Below are positions 61,633 through 64,000 of a stretch of 64,000 nucleotides of DNA, one piece after another. The stretch covers positions 434,659 through 498,658 of the forward strand of contig DATIBO010000006.1 of NCBI GenBank assembly GCA_035457485.1. The letters run 5' to 3'. The first letter of the stretch is position 1, and each line of letters opens with the position of its first letter. The translations under genes and the position numbers were made by a program. Below the pieces are notes generated by a model. The model worked only from the letters and a program-made list of their open reading frames with translations. It ran no database searches and was not told the DNA's origin. The stretch is from Candidatus Saccharimonadales bacterium (GTDB lineage Bacteria; Patescibacteriota; Saccharimonadia; Saccharimonadales; EFPC-124).

Positions 61633-62909
61633 TGTCAAAGTTTTTGAGCGATCTACTAAACGCCAAAGAACCGTTATTTACGAAAAGCCTGGAGCAACTT
61701 GAATCTATCTCGCATAAGCAGGGCGTGGACGCCAAACTCGTTGGCGATATTCACATAAAAGCTCGCAATTCTATAAAGGCACTCGGGCTTGATCCGGCCG
61801 ATACTACAGGTCCCGAGCTGTACCATGCGCTAAACGCAAAAATCAAGACGCACGACGAGCTTTTGGCTAAAAAAATTGGCGGAAATTATAATCAGGCAGT
61901 TCAGGATTTGTTGCCATTGATCCGTGACGCAGTGGAAAAAGTAAAAATGCCACGAAATGCCTGGGTGCTTAAAAAAAGTGTAGCCAAAGAAATGCTGCGT
62001 AAAAATCCACCAAAAAATATTATGAAACGTTTGGGATACCGGTCGGTAGATAGCATGTTAAAGCGCGAAAACCTGGCCGAAATTTATGGCGCCCTGCGTT
62101 TTGCAGAGGACGGCAAGTGGCTTAATAAATTCAATGAAGGTTATAAACATTTAAAGCCTAGCGATTTTGAAACTCGTAAAATCGAGATTGTAATTATGCC
62201 CTATGACCGATGGGCAGATGATGCCGAGCCGTTTGTTCATAAAAAACGCCATAATATTACTCACCTAAAAGAGCTTGGCGTGATCTTAATGCTGCCGGTC
62301 AAAGTTAAAACTCTACCGGGTATTACAATGTGGGCGCTTTCGCTTTTGGTACATTATACAAACGAGATTAGGCTGTATAGTTCGTTTTTTAAAACCAAGC
62401 AAGTTGCACGCAACTTTGGTGATATTTTTGTGGAAACTTTGATTGCAGATCCAGATTTGGGTCCAGTCATGGCTGGTAATAAAATCCACTGGCGAGTGAT
62501 TCAGCGGTATTTTGGAAAACTAGAAAACGAAAGCCACCCCGAGATTTTTGAACCCCATGTTCAACCCGAAGATTTACATTGGCGAGCTGCCGAAGAAGTT
62601 TTGTACCAAATTGAACCAGAGTTGGAGTTCTGGCGAGATCTTGATTACGTTGGATTGATGTTCCCAACAGATGTAAAAGATAGCGACAAAGCAGAGGTCG
62701 ATCGTAGGACTTGGCGCCCGCTAGCTTTTAACATGCTCGACGTTGCGGCTAACTACTGTAACGAGGTTGCCTACGCAGGGCGAACAATTTACCATTTCCG
62801 CGAGAGTTTGTGGAACGAAGTTTTTATCCGTTATATGAGTCAAAAGACCTTGAAGGAACAAATTTTAAAACAGCTCGATAACGAAATGATCGCGCCGGAG
62901 GCAATCTAA
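61632..62909 (+). CDS. hypothetical protein (425 aa)
   Basis: Long ORF with native composition. Start overlaps the pfkB stop (TAATG). No motif recognised. Confidence 0.5.
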   Translation: MSKFLSDLLNAKEPLFTKSLEQLESISHKQGVDAKLVGDIHIKARNSIKALGLDPADTTGPELYHALNAKIKTHDELLAKKIGGNYNQAVQDLLPLIRDAVEKVKMPRNAWVLKKSVAKEMLRKNPPKNIMKRLGYRSVDSMLKRENLAEIYGALRFAEDGKWLNKFNEGYKHLKPSDFETRKIEIVIMPYDRWADDAEPFVHKKRHNITHLKELGVILMLPVKVKTLPGITMWALSLLVHYTNEIRLYSSFFKTKQVARNFGDIFVETLIADPDLGPVMAGNKIHWRVIQRYFGKLENESHPEIFEPHVQPEDLHWRAAEEVLYQIEPELEFWRDLDYVGLMFPTDVKDSDKAEVDRRTWRPLAFNMLDVAANYCNEVAYAGRTIYHFRESLWNEVFIRYMSQKTLKEQILKQLDNEMIAPEAI

Positions 62910-63886
62910 TGTGTACTGTAGCAACTTGGAAAGATAATGGAATCGCCGTCGTCACAGGGCGGAATATGGACTGGAAAGAAGACATGGCCAGTAAGATATG
63001 GATTTTGCCAGCCGGCCAGGAACGAAAAGGTTTTAAGGGCGGAAAATCGCTCGACTGGAAAAGTAAATATGGCAGTGTAGTGACAACTTGTTATGACATG
63101 GCAAGCGCAGACGGCATGAACGAAAAAGGCCTAAGCATGCATGTACTTTGGTTGGTGGAAAGTGACTACGGTAAACCTAAAGCCGAGCTGCCTAACCTGC
63201 TCGTAAGTTTATGGGGCCAGTATTACGTGGACAATTTTGCCACAGTAGCTGAGGCGATTGAATATACCAAGAACAACCCTTTTAATGTTGTTACAATGCC
63301 GATGCCGGGTGGTCAAAAAGCTAGCGCTACTGTGCACTTAATCATTAATGACGCCGAGGGCGATATGGCAGTTTTTGAGTACATTGATGGCCAGTTGCAT
63401 ATTTGGACAGGTGAACAGTATTATGTTGCTACAAACTCCCCAACATTCGATAAGCAGCTTGAAGGCTTACCAGAATATGTTGGGTTTGGCGGTCGTAAAC
63501 AGATTCCAGGCGACACTTCGGCGGCCAGCAGATTTGTAAGAACCGCTTATTACATGAATCAGCTGCAGAAGCCTCAAAGTTTACGAATGACGATTGCTGG
63601 AGTAATTTCACTACTCCGCAGCGCGGCGCAACCATATAGTGTTCCAGATCCAACTCAGCCCAACATCTCGCCTACGATTTGGCGTACAGTTTGTGATCAT
63701 ACAAATCTAGCTTACTACTTTGAGAACACAAAAAGTCCATATTTGGTTTGGCTAAATCTCAGTGATTTTTCGTTTAATCCAGGTAGCCCAACGTTAGTAT
63801 GTGACGTTAGCTCGGATTTTGATCTGCACGGTGATATAAAAGCTGAATTTAAGCCAGCTGAACCTAGCTTTACCACGATTCCTTAA
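62909..63886 (+). CDS. linear amide C-N hydrolase, choloylglycine hydrolase (Ntn) family
   Basis: The N-terminal MC (Cys2 nucleophile) followed by TVATW...GRNMDW is typical of the family. Confidence 0.8.
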   Translation: MCTVATWKDNGIAVVTGRNMDWKEDMASKIWILPAGQERKGFKGGKSLDWKSKYGSVVTTCYDMASADGMNEKGLSMHVLWLVESDYGKPKAELPNLLVSLWGQYYVDNFATVAEAIEYTKNNPFNVVTMPMPGGQKASATVHLIINDAEGDMAVFEYIDGQLHIWTGEQYYVATNSPTFDKQLEGLPEYVGFGGRKQIPGDTSAASRFVRTAYYMNQLQKPQSLRMTIAGVISLLRSAAQPYSVPDPTQPNISPTIWRTVCDHTNLAYYFENTKSPYLVWLNLSDFSFNPGSPTLVCDVSSDFDLHGDIKAEFKPAEPSFTTIP

Positions 63887-63925
63887 CTTGCTCAACCTAG
63901 CCATAAGCTTTTATACTAAAAAGCA

Positions 63926-64000
63926 ATGAGTAAATATCAAATCTGTGTTTCAGGGGCGGCTGCTGGTGATACTGTGGAATCTTCCCATATGTTGGCTTAC
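63926..64000 (+). CDS. hypothetical protein, 5' fragment (continues beyond window)
   Basis: MSKYQICVSGAAAGDTVESSHMLA... Open to the window end. Only 25 codons are visible. Confidence 0.35.
   Translation, partial: MSKYQICVSGAAAGDTVESSHMLAY

Noticed and set aside
1-64000. Alternative genetic code (UGA recoding, as in some CPR lineages).
   Set aside because: Long housekeeping ORFs are intact under the standard code. Some genes end at TGA with sensible lengths, for example the yjzC-like ORF at 4273-4275 and cassette gene 2 at 13735-13737.
1-64000. CRISPR arrays, IS elements, integrases, prophage or rRNA genes.
   Set aside because: Reading by eye, I found no regularly spaced direct repeats. No transposase, integrase or recombinase-like ORF appears in either the track or the gaps, and there is no rRNA-like sequence. 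A short element could still have been missed without a computational repeat search.

Overview
This is a 64-kb window from a low-GC, gene-dense bacterial chromosome with small genes. Hand-counted native 60-nt lines carry 18-28 G+C out of 60.

Most genes are housekeeping: ligA, a murF-like ligase, leuS, rpmF, nusB, rnc, rpsP-KH-trmD, pheST, trxB, ppa, and a gap-rpiB-rpe-split tkt-fba-pfkB sugar-phosphate cluster. Redox and stress genes include a CopB-type P1B ATPase, Ni-SOD sodN with its protease sodX, an amicyanin-like cupredoxin next to a NOX-like ferric reductase, LemA-HtpX, and an aquaporin. There are four tRNAs (Cys-GCA, Leu-TAA, Ala-GGC, Gln-CTG), all with encoded CCA.

The split transketolase, an RRM protein, many small membrane proteins, and the absence of rimM/rplS next to trmD suggest a reduced Patescibacteria/CPR (Saccharibacteria-like) genome. 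That placement is inference only. I saw no rRNA, CRISPR array, transposase or integrase.

The main signal is five sharply bounded high-GC cassettes (31-41 G+C per 60 nt) at about 10291-11058, 13661-14335, 31075-33219, 52784-53143 and 56675-57160.
- Their cargo looks actinobacterial: two lipobox lipoproteins, an orphan DUF397 protein, and three to four proteins I cannot assign.
- All but one cargo gene abut an AT-rich sigma70-like promoter at the junction. Four of the five cassettes end in a GC-rich hairpin with no U tract.
- Two cassettes sit at tRNA 3' ends.
- The largest (tRNA-Gln-adjacent) holds a convergent pair of unknown genes, 98 aa and 451 aa. The 98-aa gene is preceded by a roughly 160-nt structured leader.

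I read these cassettes as a dispersed set of recently captured, re-promotered foreign (possibly host-derived) genes. They are the best candidate for something undescribed here.

Secondary oddities are a Nudix domain inserted inside LeuRS, an MsrA homolog lacking its catalytic Cys, a tRNA-Cys with an atypical T-loop, and several orphan terminators that may mark small RNAs.
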